Shown here piece by piece: positions 52,213 through 64,000 of a stretch of DNA of 64,000 nucleotides (position 1 is the stretch's first letter; each line of letters begins with the position of its first letter). A model generated the notes under the pieces. That model was given only the letters and a program-made list of their open reading frames with translations, was not told where the DNA came from and searched no databases. The position numbers were made by a program, and so were the translations under genes. This DNA is from Octopus bimaculoides (lineage: Eukaryota): NCBI RefSeq assembly GCF_001194135.2, contig NC_068982.1:36006360-36070359 (forward strand), in the 5' to 3' direction.

Positions 52213-52652
52213 GCGGGTGACACATGAAATTTTTCGAGCGAGATCGTTGCCAGTGCCCCTGGACTGGCTCTTGTGCGGGTGACACATGAAATGCACCATT
52301 TTGAGCATGACCGTTGCCAGTGCCGCCTGGCTGGCCTTCATGGGATTTTCGAGCGAGATCGTTGCCAGTGTCCCTGGACTGGCTCTTGTGTGGGTGGCAC
52401 ATAAAATACACCATTTTGAGCGTGGCCGTTGCCAGTACCGCCTGACTGGCCTTTGTGCGAGTGACACGTAAAAGCACCCACTACACTCTCTGAGTGGTTG
52501 GTGTTAGGAAGGGCATCCAGCTGTAGAAACTCTGCCAAATCAGATTGGAGCCTGGTGTAGCCATCTGGTTTCACCAGTCCTCAGTCAAATCGTCCAACCC
52601 ATGCTAGCATGGAAAGCGGACGTTAAACGATGATGATGATGATGACGACGAC
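52213..52652 (+). mobile_element. Non-autonomous RTE-tailed retroposon (family B) with internal minisatellite
   Basis: Tandem units (cgggtgacacatgaaat..., ttttcgagcgagatcgttgccagtg...) then ggaagggcatccagctg...gcatggaaagcggacgttaaacgatgatgatg. Other copies at about 23740-23995, 27800-28140, 28438-28590, 40200-40420, 41636-41750, 42079-42360, 53500-53960, 58340-58570. Confidence 0.75.
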
Positions 52653-53384
52653 GAGCTTCTTTCAGTTTCCGTCTACCAAATCCACTCACAAGGATTTGGT
52701 CAACCTGAGGCTATAGTAGAAGACACTTGCCCAAGGTACCATGCAGCAGGATTGAACTTGGAACCATGTGATTGGTAAGCAAGCTACTTACCACACAGCC
52801 ACTCCTGCACCTATGCATATCTATGTGTGTGTGTGTGTGTCTTTCTGTCCGTGTTTGTCCTCCCATCACCACTTGACAACTGGTGTTGGTGTGTTTGCAT
52901 CCCTGTAAATTAGTGGTTCAGCAAAAGAGACTCATAGAATAAGTACCAAGCTTAAAACATAAGTACTAGGGGCGATTCATTTGAGTAATAATTCTAGGCA
53001 GTGCCCTTAGCATGGTTGCAGTCTAATGACTGCAACAAATAACATACAAAAAACAAAAAAAAAAACAAACAAAAAAACAGATAAAAGAATGCAAGGAGAT
53101 TCATCTTTGCTGTTAAATCACTAATGATACAATTCTTAAGTACTTTAAAATTTTAAAAATTATTTGTAGCAGTTTGAGGTATTTATTCCTGGTACAGATT
53201 TTTCTTATGATGAGTATGTGCTTGTGTTAAGCCCCTGTTATTTACATTTAAGTGGGTGGACTGCTATTTTAATGTTGCACATTCTATGGATGATGAGAAA
53301 TTTATTAGACTTGTCAATCAAACTTAGGAGGTGACTCATTCACCAATTGACTATACTGAAAGTATGTGACAGTCCAGATATTGT

Positions 53385-53522
53385 TCTTCTTCTTCTTCCT
53401 CCTCCTCCTCTTGCTCTTCTTGCTTCTCCTCCTCTTGCTCTTCTTGCTTCTCCTACTCCTCCTCCATTGTCATCATTGTCATCATCATCATAATTGTTGC
53501 CATCATCATCATCATCATCATC
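53385..53522. repeat. Compound trinucleotide microsatellite (CTT/CTC/CAT)n
   Basis: Direct reading; a similar (CAC)n(TAC)n array lies at about 54880-54970. Confidence 0.9.
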
Positions 53523-53999
53523 CAATGTCTGTTCTCCATGCTGTCAGGGGTTGGGTGGTTTGACAAGAGCTGGCAAGCCAGAGGGCTACGACAAGTTCTG
53601 TTGTCAGTTTTGGCTAGGATTTTATGGCTGGATGCCCTTCCTAATGCCAACCACTTTACAGAGTGTATTTGGTATTTCTTATCATGACACCCTTTCCCTT
53701 GAATAACATCAGTGGCATGGAGAAGGGAGGCTAGTATGCATGGGTGACTGCTACTCTTCCATAAACAACCTTGTCTAGAGTTGTGCCTCGGAGGGGAACT
53801 TTCAAGGAGTAATCTCATAGTCATTCATGACCAAAGAGGGTCTTTACCCTTTACCCTCTATGGCTAGATGCCCTTCCTAATGTCCACCACTTTAAATAGT
53901 TTGCTAGGTGCTTTTTATATGGCACCAGCACCCATACCAATGCATTTTATGTAGCACTTTGGTTTTAGGATCTCAATTCTGTTGTGGTGGGCAGGTCTT

Positions 54000-54420
54000 C
54001 TCAAGTACAGTAATATGCCACATATCTCGTTGGTGGATACGTATCATGACATACCCTGAAGGCACTAACTTCATTTGTCTATAGCCTCTCATATGTGTTA
54101 TTTTATTGATTTTGTATTGGACAGAGTCAGCTTATTGCACTCCCAAATACTTGTATTTGTTTCATTAGGTTCAACATTTGGCTGTTTGAAATGGCCATTC
54201 TATGTGGTTTTTGATGTTGCACCTTCAAGTCATCCATATAGCAAGGGTTACTGAGTGTGACCTTTCCCTTTTATAGAGATATCTTCTTCAAAGTTGTCTT
54301 TGGGCTGATCTTTGAACTGCTTCAAAAACCTGCTGAAAACCACTTTGAAGAAGAGTAACATCAACCCTTCAAAAAAGTAGGACACCAAGATTGATTGTTT
54401 AATTTGGCATTCTCTATGCT
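54000..54420 (-). mobile_element. Highly decayed non-LTR retrotransposon RT fragment (possibly R4/Dong-like)
   Basis: Minus-strand frame gives LLFFKVVFSRFLKQ... and NKYKYLGVQ, typical of the RT C-terminal region; many stops. Confidence 0.4.
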
Positions 54421-54922
54421 AGAGGGGATTGAAGATATGGGGGAGAAACTCACTCAACACCACCATGAGAGAAGAATAAAATGCAGGCTCCTAATCTCTC
54501 CAACCAAACTTTTTCATGAAGCTATACATAAACATTGGGAAGCATAGTCATCAAAGAATCCATAAACTAAAGGATAAAATGGTCATCATTGAACTTGATG
54601 ACAACCATAAGCATTAAGATATTCTGCTTACATTTTCTAGAGTAATTCAATCAAAGATTTTAATATCATTCCCTTTGGAAAATTTCATTATTGATTTTTT
54701 TTGTTTTTGTTTTTTTGTAGTGATCTTCCCTCGTGTTTTTTGTGTTTCTTCCTAACATCTTCCATTTGTCCAAATTCCTCTGAATGAACTTTGTTAGCCT
54801 AGTTTTGTGATGGTGGAAAATATCATATTCTTTCTTACAATCAATTATAATTATCATTAGTATGAACTACCACTGCTGCTACTGCCACTGCCGCCGCCAC
54901 CACCACCACCACCACCACTACG

Positions 54923-54964
<42 letters not shown>

Positions 54965-55214
54965 GCTGCTATAATTTTGAAAAAGTTTTGTCATTTGACC
55001 TTTGAAATGTGCTGCAAATACAAGATATTTCTCACATTGATTTTATTTATATACGTACGTATGTACGTACATACATACATACATACATATATATATATAT
55101 ATAAATTTATATATACATATACATACATATATATATACATATATATATATATATTTATACATGCATACATACATACATGCATACACACATACATAACATA
55201 CATACATACATACA

Positions 55215-55278
<64 letters not shown>

Positions 55279-56245
55279 CATGTATGTATATGTATACTCA
55301 CATAAATGAAATGCCATTATTATAACAGTAATTTCCTTTAACATTTAACTTTTTCCTACATGTGCATGGCTATATTGATTACAACTGATAATCTGGAAAT
55401 TATATGGATTTTTGGTGATGTGATGTGAACTCGATCCTATCTACAACAGGAAGAAAAGCTTTATAGCTGGGTCTACTTCTGAAGTATGACAATTGAAAGT
55501 TTGTTAATTTCTTTAGCATTGAAATTCCGAATTGAAAAACAACAATGTCTGAGTTCAGTCTTGTATATCAAAACAAAGTTACTTTGTTCTCCTCTGGCAT
55601 GAATGTCCATTTAGGAAAATTATCACACTTGTTGCATTTGTATAAAATGATAGACAAAAAAGAATTGAATTAAAAAAATCTGCATGGCTGTGTGGTTAAG
55701 AAGCTTGCTTTACAATCATGTGGTTTCAGGTTCACTCTGTGACACCTTGGACAATTGTCTTCTACTCTAGCCTCAGGCTGACCAATGCCTTGTAACTTTG
55801 GTAGATGGAGGCTGTGTGGAAGCCTGTCATATACATACATGCATATGTATGTACATATGTATGTACATGTGTATGTATGTATGTATTTATGTATGTACGC
55901 CTTTGTGTTTGGCCCCAATACCACTTGGCAACTGGTGTTGGTTTGTTTACATCCATGTAACTTAGTGGTTCAGAAAAAGAGGTCAATAGAATAAATAACA
56001 GGCTCAAAGATAAGTACTGGAGTTGATTTGATTAACAAAATCCCCCAAAGTGGTGCCCCAGCATAGCCACAGTCCAATGACTGAAACAAGTAAACATCTT
56101 ATCTACTTCATATTTGTACCACTGTCTACATTAAATGCAAAGTTTAATACTCAAGAGTAGTTATAGGACCAGTGGCTGATAGTTCATGTCCTATCACCAG
56201 CCAATCAGTTCTTGATATGTATACAAAAACTGCATAAATTAAATA

Positions 56246-56339
56246 GGATTTTTGCTTTATATATCTTTTATCTTTTCTTTTCTGTACTAGCAGGATTTTT
56301 ACTTTATATATCTTTTATTTTCCCTTTTCTATACTAGCA
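56246..56339 (+). repeat. 47-bp tandem duplication (two units)
   Basis: ggattttt(g/a)ctttatatatcttttat...ct(g/a)tactagca at 56246-56292 and 56293-56339. Confidence 0.85.
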
Positions 56340-59300
56340 GGAGAGCAGGGTATGCATATTAATACATTTGCATATTAACAATATGGATAATGGAAAATAT
56401 CACAGGAGAGAGTTCTACATACTAAATACAAATGTGGTATATCCTCACATATATAATATGGTAAACTGAAAAACTTTGATTAACTGAGATTATCCAAGTT
56501 ATCAGAAGACAAAACTCTTTCTATTACATATGTGAAAATCTACTGTATTTGCATATTGCAGAAACCGTTTCTTTTACAGATGTATTCCCAGGGCAACATA
56601 ATAATAAGTGTTGCAGTGAAGTTGTTTTGCAGTTTCATATCAAAGTTATTTTGATGCATTTAGTCTTTCAACTCTTTTTTTTTTTTTATGACTTTGTCTA
56701 GAAATGAAGGCATGCACATTATCTTTCAAGCTCTTTGAAACTTTTTGAGACCAAACTGTTTTGTGGTCAGTTTGAACATTTCTAAATCAATAGCTGCCAG
56801 AAAAACAAAGACTAGTAGGAAATTCTAAACAGCCAACATTCCGAGTGAGGCAGAATAGGGATGTTGCAAAGAGGAGAAATGAATATGCTGGTTTGGGCTG
56901 GTGGAGGTGGTATGCAATTAGCTAGTTCAGAAGAACAAATAAGAAAGTGCATAAAAAAACCTTGAATGCCAAATACAGTGTGATGTTTGAATGATTAAGA
57001 TTCATTGAGAAAAACAAGATTTATTAGATTAATGAACTGATGCAATAAATTGTGTTTGAAAAGTGAAGAAACATGATCTGTGTGCATAGTAGATAATTTG
57101 TAGATAAATTAAGTATTATAGATATTTATTTTTAGTGTACTATTTAGGGAGGAATTAAAAGTAGAAGCATGCAGAGAGGAAGGGAGAGAGATACAATCAC
57201 ACATGATGAATATGTAAGAAAGAAGGCAAGTAGAGACAGTGAGTGACATAATCTGCAAGATAAAATATTTGATACTATTGTGAATACAAGCTTTTTTTGT
57301 TTTAGCTTTTGTTTTGTTCTTTACTTCATTTCAGATAATCAAACATGAACAAATAATGATACCTGTTTTCTAATTGATTGTCTTAGCTACACAGAACAGT
57401 GTCTTGCATGAGAACTTAATGTAAAAAAATTTATAAACTCATTAATTTTATTGTTATTTTTAATAAAAAAATATATATACTTATGTTTTGAGTTCTGTTT
57501 CATTGTATCACCAAACCTATTTCTTTTGTTCAATATTCCAATATCTTTTTCATTTAGCCATTATATTTTCTTCATTAAATTTGATTTTTAAAGCAGTATT
57601 TAAAAGTTGCTTGGAATAAAATTAAGCAGGAATATTCAGCGTATAAGGAATATTAGATAATTTAAAACGTTTTTGTCCTTTCATTGTCAGCACAGTAAGT
57701 ATATAAATGTTTTATTTAATTTTATACGTTACAATAGATTAATTTTATACAAACAATAGATTAAGGATGATTTTTTTTTTTTACATTGGCACATGCTTAT
57801 TGGGCTTGGGGGTGTTTAGTGAATTTAGTCAACTACAATACAAGGCTGAAATCATTTTATTTACTCTAAAGGAGATGAAAGGTAATGTTGACTCTAGCAA
57901 AATGAGACTATATAGTACATATATAAACTGTCACTAACATTTCTACCATTCCCTCACATTTTATGCATTTGATAATCCTTGATACTGTGGAATGTATCAA
58001 AGTAAACAATTTGTTAAAAACTCTGATGAAGCAACAGTGGTAAAAAATAATGAAAGAAAGCAAATTTTGGTTACTTTTAGTTAGAATCCTGCATGAGAAT
58101 AAGAAGTACCAATAAATATAACCTTACTGTTTTTTGAATTAAACTAATGTTGGAATGTAGACTTCTTTGCCTAGTAGATTCAAACATTCCCCAAATTATT
58201 TTGAGGGTAGTAGATTAGTGTAATGTGAAGTAGCCTTGTATCTCTATAACAAAATACCTAGTCTTGTCCCTCTATCATACTTTAACCTCTGAACACCTGG
58301 CATAAAGTCATCTCATTCTCTATTACATGCCTACTTAGTCAAGGGGGCTTGACTGGTGAGTTTCTTGGTGACCTTACTAGTGCCAGTGTCATGAAAAAAA
58401 AGCACCCAGTACATGTTGTTAAGTGGTTGGCATTAGGAAGGGCATCTAACCTTAAAAACCAAAGCAGACATTGGATCTGAGGTAGTCCTCTGGCTTATCA
58501 GATCCTGTCAAACTGTCCAATTCACACCAGTATGGAAGACCTATGTTAAATGATGATGTTGACGATGATGGTGGTGGCAGTGGCAGCGTTAGTGGTGATG
58601 ATGGTAATGACGATGACAACAACGGTATCTTTCCAAATTACAATTGTTATCCAAATGCCAACATTTATAACTACAGCCAAGAATCAAAGTTGAGTTGTAT
58701 AATTGACTTGCAAGGAGCTTATTCCATACAAAGGTAATATTAAATTATTCAGTTTAATTCGTTACAATTTTTACAATAATTCAACCTTAAATTCTTCTTA
58801 AGATGCTTTGATATTTTTCATTTCTATATTGCAATGATGCAGCTTTTCTTTTTTATCTAGCTGCAAAAGTAAATATTTTCAAACTTTTTATCTGTTGATA
58901 TAACTTTTTATTCCTGTTATTTCAAATTTTATTGAATAATTTACACTTTTAAAGGCCCAAATTGCATTCATGATTTCTTTTGTCCTTAATTTTTATGAAT
59001 GCATCATAGATATTACTGGACTGAAAATTACTTACAGCAATTATTCTTATTTGGCAAGTCACTGTGCAATGGTGCAATGAAAGGAGTGTCTATGTACACC
59101 TTGGATTTTAAAAATTAAAATTCAAGGCTTCAGAAAATCCATGCTAATACTTGGGAGAGGAATTGTAAGGAAAATGTGTTTTTCATAATTTTATAGTGGA
59201 CAAATATGATTAATAAAACAAAGTAAGCAAAAAAAACAAAAAAAAAATGACCATCCCGAAATACAAAAGTAAGCAATAGCTTTCCATACATTTTTTCTAA

Positions 59301-60164
59301 ATTTTAAACTTTAAAACAATCTTTTTAACTTTAATTTTAAACTTTCCATATAAAGTGTGCTAAAATGTTTTAAAAAACTTTTATTTGATTGCTCTTACAC
59401 CACAAAAATCATTCACTTACTGAATGCGTTGTGAAAAAGATTTATAGATGGTCAGGGTGTCCCATATCGGGGTCACCATTATAAATAGTGGTCCATGGTG
59501 TGTGTTGTGTGACCATCTAATATCAACTCATATCAGAAGGCTGAAATAATAAATATAATGTGCCAGTTGGAAAAGAGAGAAGAGACACAACCGAGTAGAA
59601 AGCTTATGAAAGATTTGATATATTTACATACATCTGTGTGGGTTGTATGTTTGCTGTTAACCATAATGAGGTAGCTCATGAACAGCACTATGCTAGAACC
59701 TGTGCAGCATGGCTGGTGCTGTATACGTAGAGATGTTGTTGACAACGTTGGTGAGAGACATGATGGTAGCGACGAAGATGGAGGTTGCTGTGATGCTGTT
59801 GGACGGGTGTTGTCTAGCGTCGTTGCTGGAACTGTCTGTATTGTTTGGTCAGTGGTTAGAAATTAGAAGGTCTGGAACCAAAGACCTTGAGACAAGGAGA
59901 AGTTGAGTATTTATAGCTAATGGTATGCTCAAAATTGGAGTTAAGGACAGACTGTCTCACATGGTTTATTTGGAGGCTGCGATTGGTTAGGTTGCATATT
60001 GACACAATAGAATAAGAGACAAATTCTAACCAGAGTGGTGGACACAATGGGGTCCAAATAGTGGCCAAAGGTTAGCTGTTACCTGCTTTGTTTGAATGTA
60101 TGCATATATAATAAAGGAGAGAAGAATTTCACTAGAGTGTGCGCTACAGATTTTTCACTATTAA

Positions 60165-60376
60165 CTTTTTGGCATTCAGATTATTCTGTCAAATGCAATG
60201 CTATTTATTTATGTTATTTTGTATTAATTGTGCATTATTATGAATCTTCAAGATTTCAATAATATGATTGTTTATTTTTAGAATAACATTGTTGGATAAG
60301 TGTAAGATCTGGCCAGTTTAAACATGAAACTAGTTGAATATTTGGGCTGGATATGGTCAGATTAAATGCTAAAGTG
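60165..60376 (+). mobile_element. TTAA-flanked piggyBac-type MITE, further copy
   Basis: ttaa|ctttttggcattcag ... aatgctaaagtg|ttaa. Confidence 0.7.
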
Positions 60377-62799
60377 TTAAAGTTGTTTTCTGAATATTTT
60401 AAAAACTATTACTATAAGTTTCTTCATCAGGACAGGTCTGAGATCTTTTGCTTTCTTAGTGCTTCAGAATTTTGCTATTGCTGCTGCTACTCTTTCTGCA
60501 GCTGTTGTCTCCTTTGATAGTATGTTCATTATCTATATATCACAAACTAGCTTTTATCTGTTTGTTAGATATTTATTTTAAGAAATATAATCTTAATACA
60601 TCTGAATACTAAGCACATTTGATAGTTCTAAATTTTGCCCTACCAAATCTGTGGCTTTGTCTAATGGCTTAAGTTAAGTCTTCAAGATTTGAACTCTGCA
60701 CCACAAGGGAATAAAACATTCATCAATTATATCACATAGCTACATATGTTATATATTGGAAGTAAAGATTTTTTGCCACTTAATACAAATATTGTCAACT
60801 TTATGTGGGTGTATTATTAGACTGATTTATCCCCTAATAATAACAAAAGAAATGAAAAGAAACTATCAAAGTAATCCATAAATTTTCTATAATTCTTCTT
60901 TGACTGTTTTACATCTGGTTAGAATTGTTTATACCTACTATGGTTACATAATATCTAATAAAGTAGTTTTATCTTATTTTTAGGAATCTAATCTTCTGTC
61001 ACAGACGATGTTTTACTGCTTTCTAGAATAACACTTGAATTATAAATAATTTATATAAATTCGGGATATCATTGAGGTTAAGCTATTTTTAGATCTTGGT
61101 CTAATGTTTTTTAAAATTTTATTTATCAAATACAGTTCTTTGACTAACACTTTGTGTTTACGAAAGTTTCAAATAATCTACATACTAAACAGAGCTTCTA
61201 TGAATTGTGTGATATTTAGAGTCAACTTTCAAAACCGACATGCAATTTAACAGAACTTTAGGTACACATGTACTGTTTGCAATTTACACAGATCAGTAGA
61301 TAAATACTTTTCAAAAAAGTGTCTGCTTATAATATTTATTTGTGAACAATGTACATGCTTCTTTTTCCAGATTTTGTAACTTAAATATCTCAAATGTGTA
61401 TTATTTGTACACAAAAACTAAATATTACTCATTTTTCTCACCCTCAAATGCATGGCCATATTTGGTAGAGCATGACTGAAAGTAAGTTTTTATTCATGCT
61501 AACTCAGGCATAATAAATTGTTTAACTTACTATAATTTTCTATGATAGTGATTTAGTACTATAAATAGTTACTATGTACTGTGTCAGTCAACACAATTTA
61601 CGTCCCTCAAAATCATACGTTAATATTCAAAATGCTTTCTTTTCCTTTTCTTTTTTTTGGGGGTAGTAAACTGGCAGAATTGTTAGCATGCCAGGCAAAA
61701 TGCTTAGCAGCATTTCATCTGTCTTTACATTCTGAATTCAAATTGTGTTGAGGTTGGCTTTGCACTTTAGGGTCAATACCATTGGACACTGGGGTCAATG
61801 AAATTGGCTCAACCTCTCCCCCTAAATTGCTGGACTTGTGTCAAAATTTGAAACCAATATTTAAAATGTTTTTTCAATTTTTGAAAATTTTAATTGTTGT
61901 GTTTCAATTTATTTAAATTTCTGATTAAAAATTTTTTTACTTTAAATTTAAAAAAATAAACTTTTGCTAACCTTGTTTGCGATGTTCAATATNNNNNNNN
62001 NNNNNNNNNNNNNNNNNNNNNNNNNNNNNNNNNNNNNNNNNNNNNNNNNNNNNNNNNNNNNNNNNNNNNNNNNNNNNNNNNNNNNNNNNNNNNNNNNNNN
62101 NNNNNNNNNNNNNNNNNNNNNNNNNNNNNNNNNNNNNNNNNNNNNNNNNNNNNNNNNNNNNNNNNNNNNNNNNNNNNNNNNNNNNNNNNNNNNNNNNNNN
62201 NNNNNNNNNNNNNNNNNNNNNNNNNNNNNNNNNNNNNNNNNNNNNNNNNNNNNNNNNNNNNNNNNNNNNNNNNNNNNNNNNNNNNNNNNNNNNNNNNNNN
62301 NNNNNNNNNNNNNNNNNNNNNNNNNNNNNNNNNNNNNNNNNNNNNNNNNNNNNNNNNNNNNNNNNNNNNNNNNNNNNNNNNNNNNNNNNNNNNNNNNNNN
62401 NNNNNNNNNNNNNNNNNNNNNNNNNNNNNNNNNNNNNNNNNNNNNNNNNNNNNNNNNNNNNNNNNNNNNNNNNNNNNNNNNNNNNNNNNNNNNNNNNNNN
62501 NNNNNNNNNNNNNNNNNNNNNNNNNNNNNNNNNNNNNNNNNNNNNNNNNNNNNNNNNNNNNNNNNNNNNNNNNNNNNNNNNNNNNNNNNNNNNNNNNNNN
62601 NNNNNNNNNNNNNNNNNNNNNNNNNNNNNNNNNNNNNNNNNNNNNNNNNNNNNNNNNNNNNNNNNNNNNNNNNNNNNNNNNNNNNNNNNNNNNNNNNNNN
62701 NNNNNNNNNNNNNNNNNNNNNNNNNNNNNNNNNNNNNNNNNNNNNNNNNNNNNNNNNNNNNNNNNNNNNNNNNNNNNNNNNNNNNNNNNNNNNNGTATG

Positions 62800-62832
<33 letters not shown>

Positions 62833-64000
62833 TTGTATGTATGTATGTATGTATGTATGTATGTATGTATGTATGTATGCATGTGTGTGTATGTTTGTGT
62901 GTCTGTGTTTGTCCCCTCAATATTGCTTGACAACTGATGCTGGTGTGTTTACGTACCCGTAAATTAGCGGTTCAGCAAAAGAGACCAATAGAATCAGTAC
63001 TAGGCTTACAAAGAATAAGTCTTGGGGTTGATTTGCTCGACTAAAGGCGGTGCTCCAGCATAGCCACAGTCAAATGACTGAAACAAGTAAAAGAGTAAAA
63101 GAGTAATACTTAATGCAGCAATAATAATAAATTTTACCAAACATTTCTTTTCCAATGCTTGTAAAATTATACACAAAAGATATTTTTTCCAGGACTTGTT
63201 TTGCCAATAATTAGGGATGCATATTATATTTGAGTACTTATGCATGAAACATGAATATATTCAGTATTCCTGAGACAAGCAATCTAAAATAATTAACCCA
63301 AATTGATATTTTGAAAATTTAATTATTCATATAAATACAAGAAAATTATTATATAAAACTTCTCAGAAAGGCTACAGAAAAGATTTAATAAAGTTTACTG
63401 ACAAAGAACACTACCTACAATACCTAAAGAAATCACCCATTAACAGCCAGCAACTGAGAGGAGTTCAGCATCTATCAAACTACTGGGATGCGTGTGCAAA
63501 CAAAGCAAAAAATCAATATGCAAAATAAAAAGGCAAGCAATATAAACATGGAAGAAAAAAAAACAATCAAATTGTTCATATGTACATAGTTTATTGCTGG
63601 GAAACTGGTACGGGAATGGGAAATTTTAAAGACATATGAAAAGTTTATGGAGATTCTATGGAGTCTGGATAAACATGCATGCCTGTTGCTAAGGGGATGC
63701 ACTGGATGACACTGCCTCCTTGCTATTCAATGGTGCACCCTCAGATTTAGAAAATACAGTTTACAAAAATCTTTCTGCAATTCAAATTAGTGCCCACCCA
63801 AAATATTCTGAAGCTTCTCCAGACACCAAAGTCTGGCGACAGGTCTGTAAACATGTGTCTAGAATCAAAACAAAAAAAGGCTGATACTATGTCTCTTGAC
63901 ATGAGATGTAGGTCACGCATCTACTTTCAAATAATTGTCCAAATAGGACTCTCATATTTTTGGTAGTTTTTATCTTTATGAGTGAAATTGTAGACTTGCA

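Noticed and set aside
52213-52480. CRISPR-like repeat/spacer array
   Set aside because: Eukaryotic context; the units are imperfect tandem repeats without unique spacers, inside a retroposon, with no cas genes.

Overview
AT-rich, microsatellite- and repeat-dense eukaryotic genomic DNA with four N-gaps. The repeat families look like those of a coleoid cephalopod (probably Octopus); this is recognition from memory, not a search. The window holds one complete protein-coding gene: the ER class I alpha-1,2-mannosidase MAN1B1/ERManI (GH47) on the minus strand. It has 11 coding exons from ATG 46912 to TAA 8824, 1860 nt CDS, 619 aa, all introns GT-AG and all phases consistent. Three exons (46814-46912, 30511-30585, 30316-30388) are absent from the ORF track. 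The rest is a layered transposon landscape: mariner, Tc1, maT/DD37D-like, Tigger/pogo, hAT, a Merlin-like 8-bp-TSD element, a TTAA piggyBac-type MITE family, Helitron/HINE-like pieces, RTE and CR1-type LINE fossils, and several tRNA-derived modular SINEs. No rRNA, bona fide tRNA or CRISPR array was seen, and no clearly novel biological system is supported. The best leads are a Thr-to-Ser change at the Ca2+-ligand position of the mannosidase, precisely bounded nested insertions, a perfect 23-bp hairpin downstream of the gene, RTE-tail sharing among modular SINEs, and a TATA/CCAAT/splice-signal cassette near 59.3-60.0 kb.
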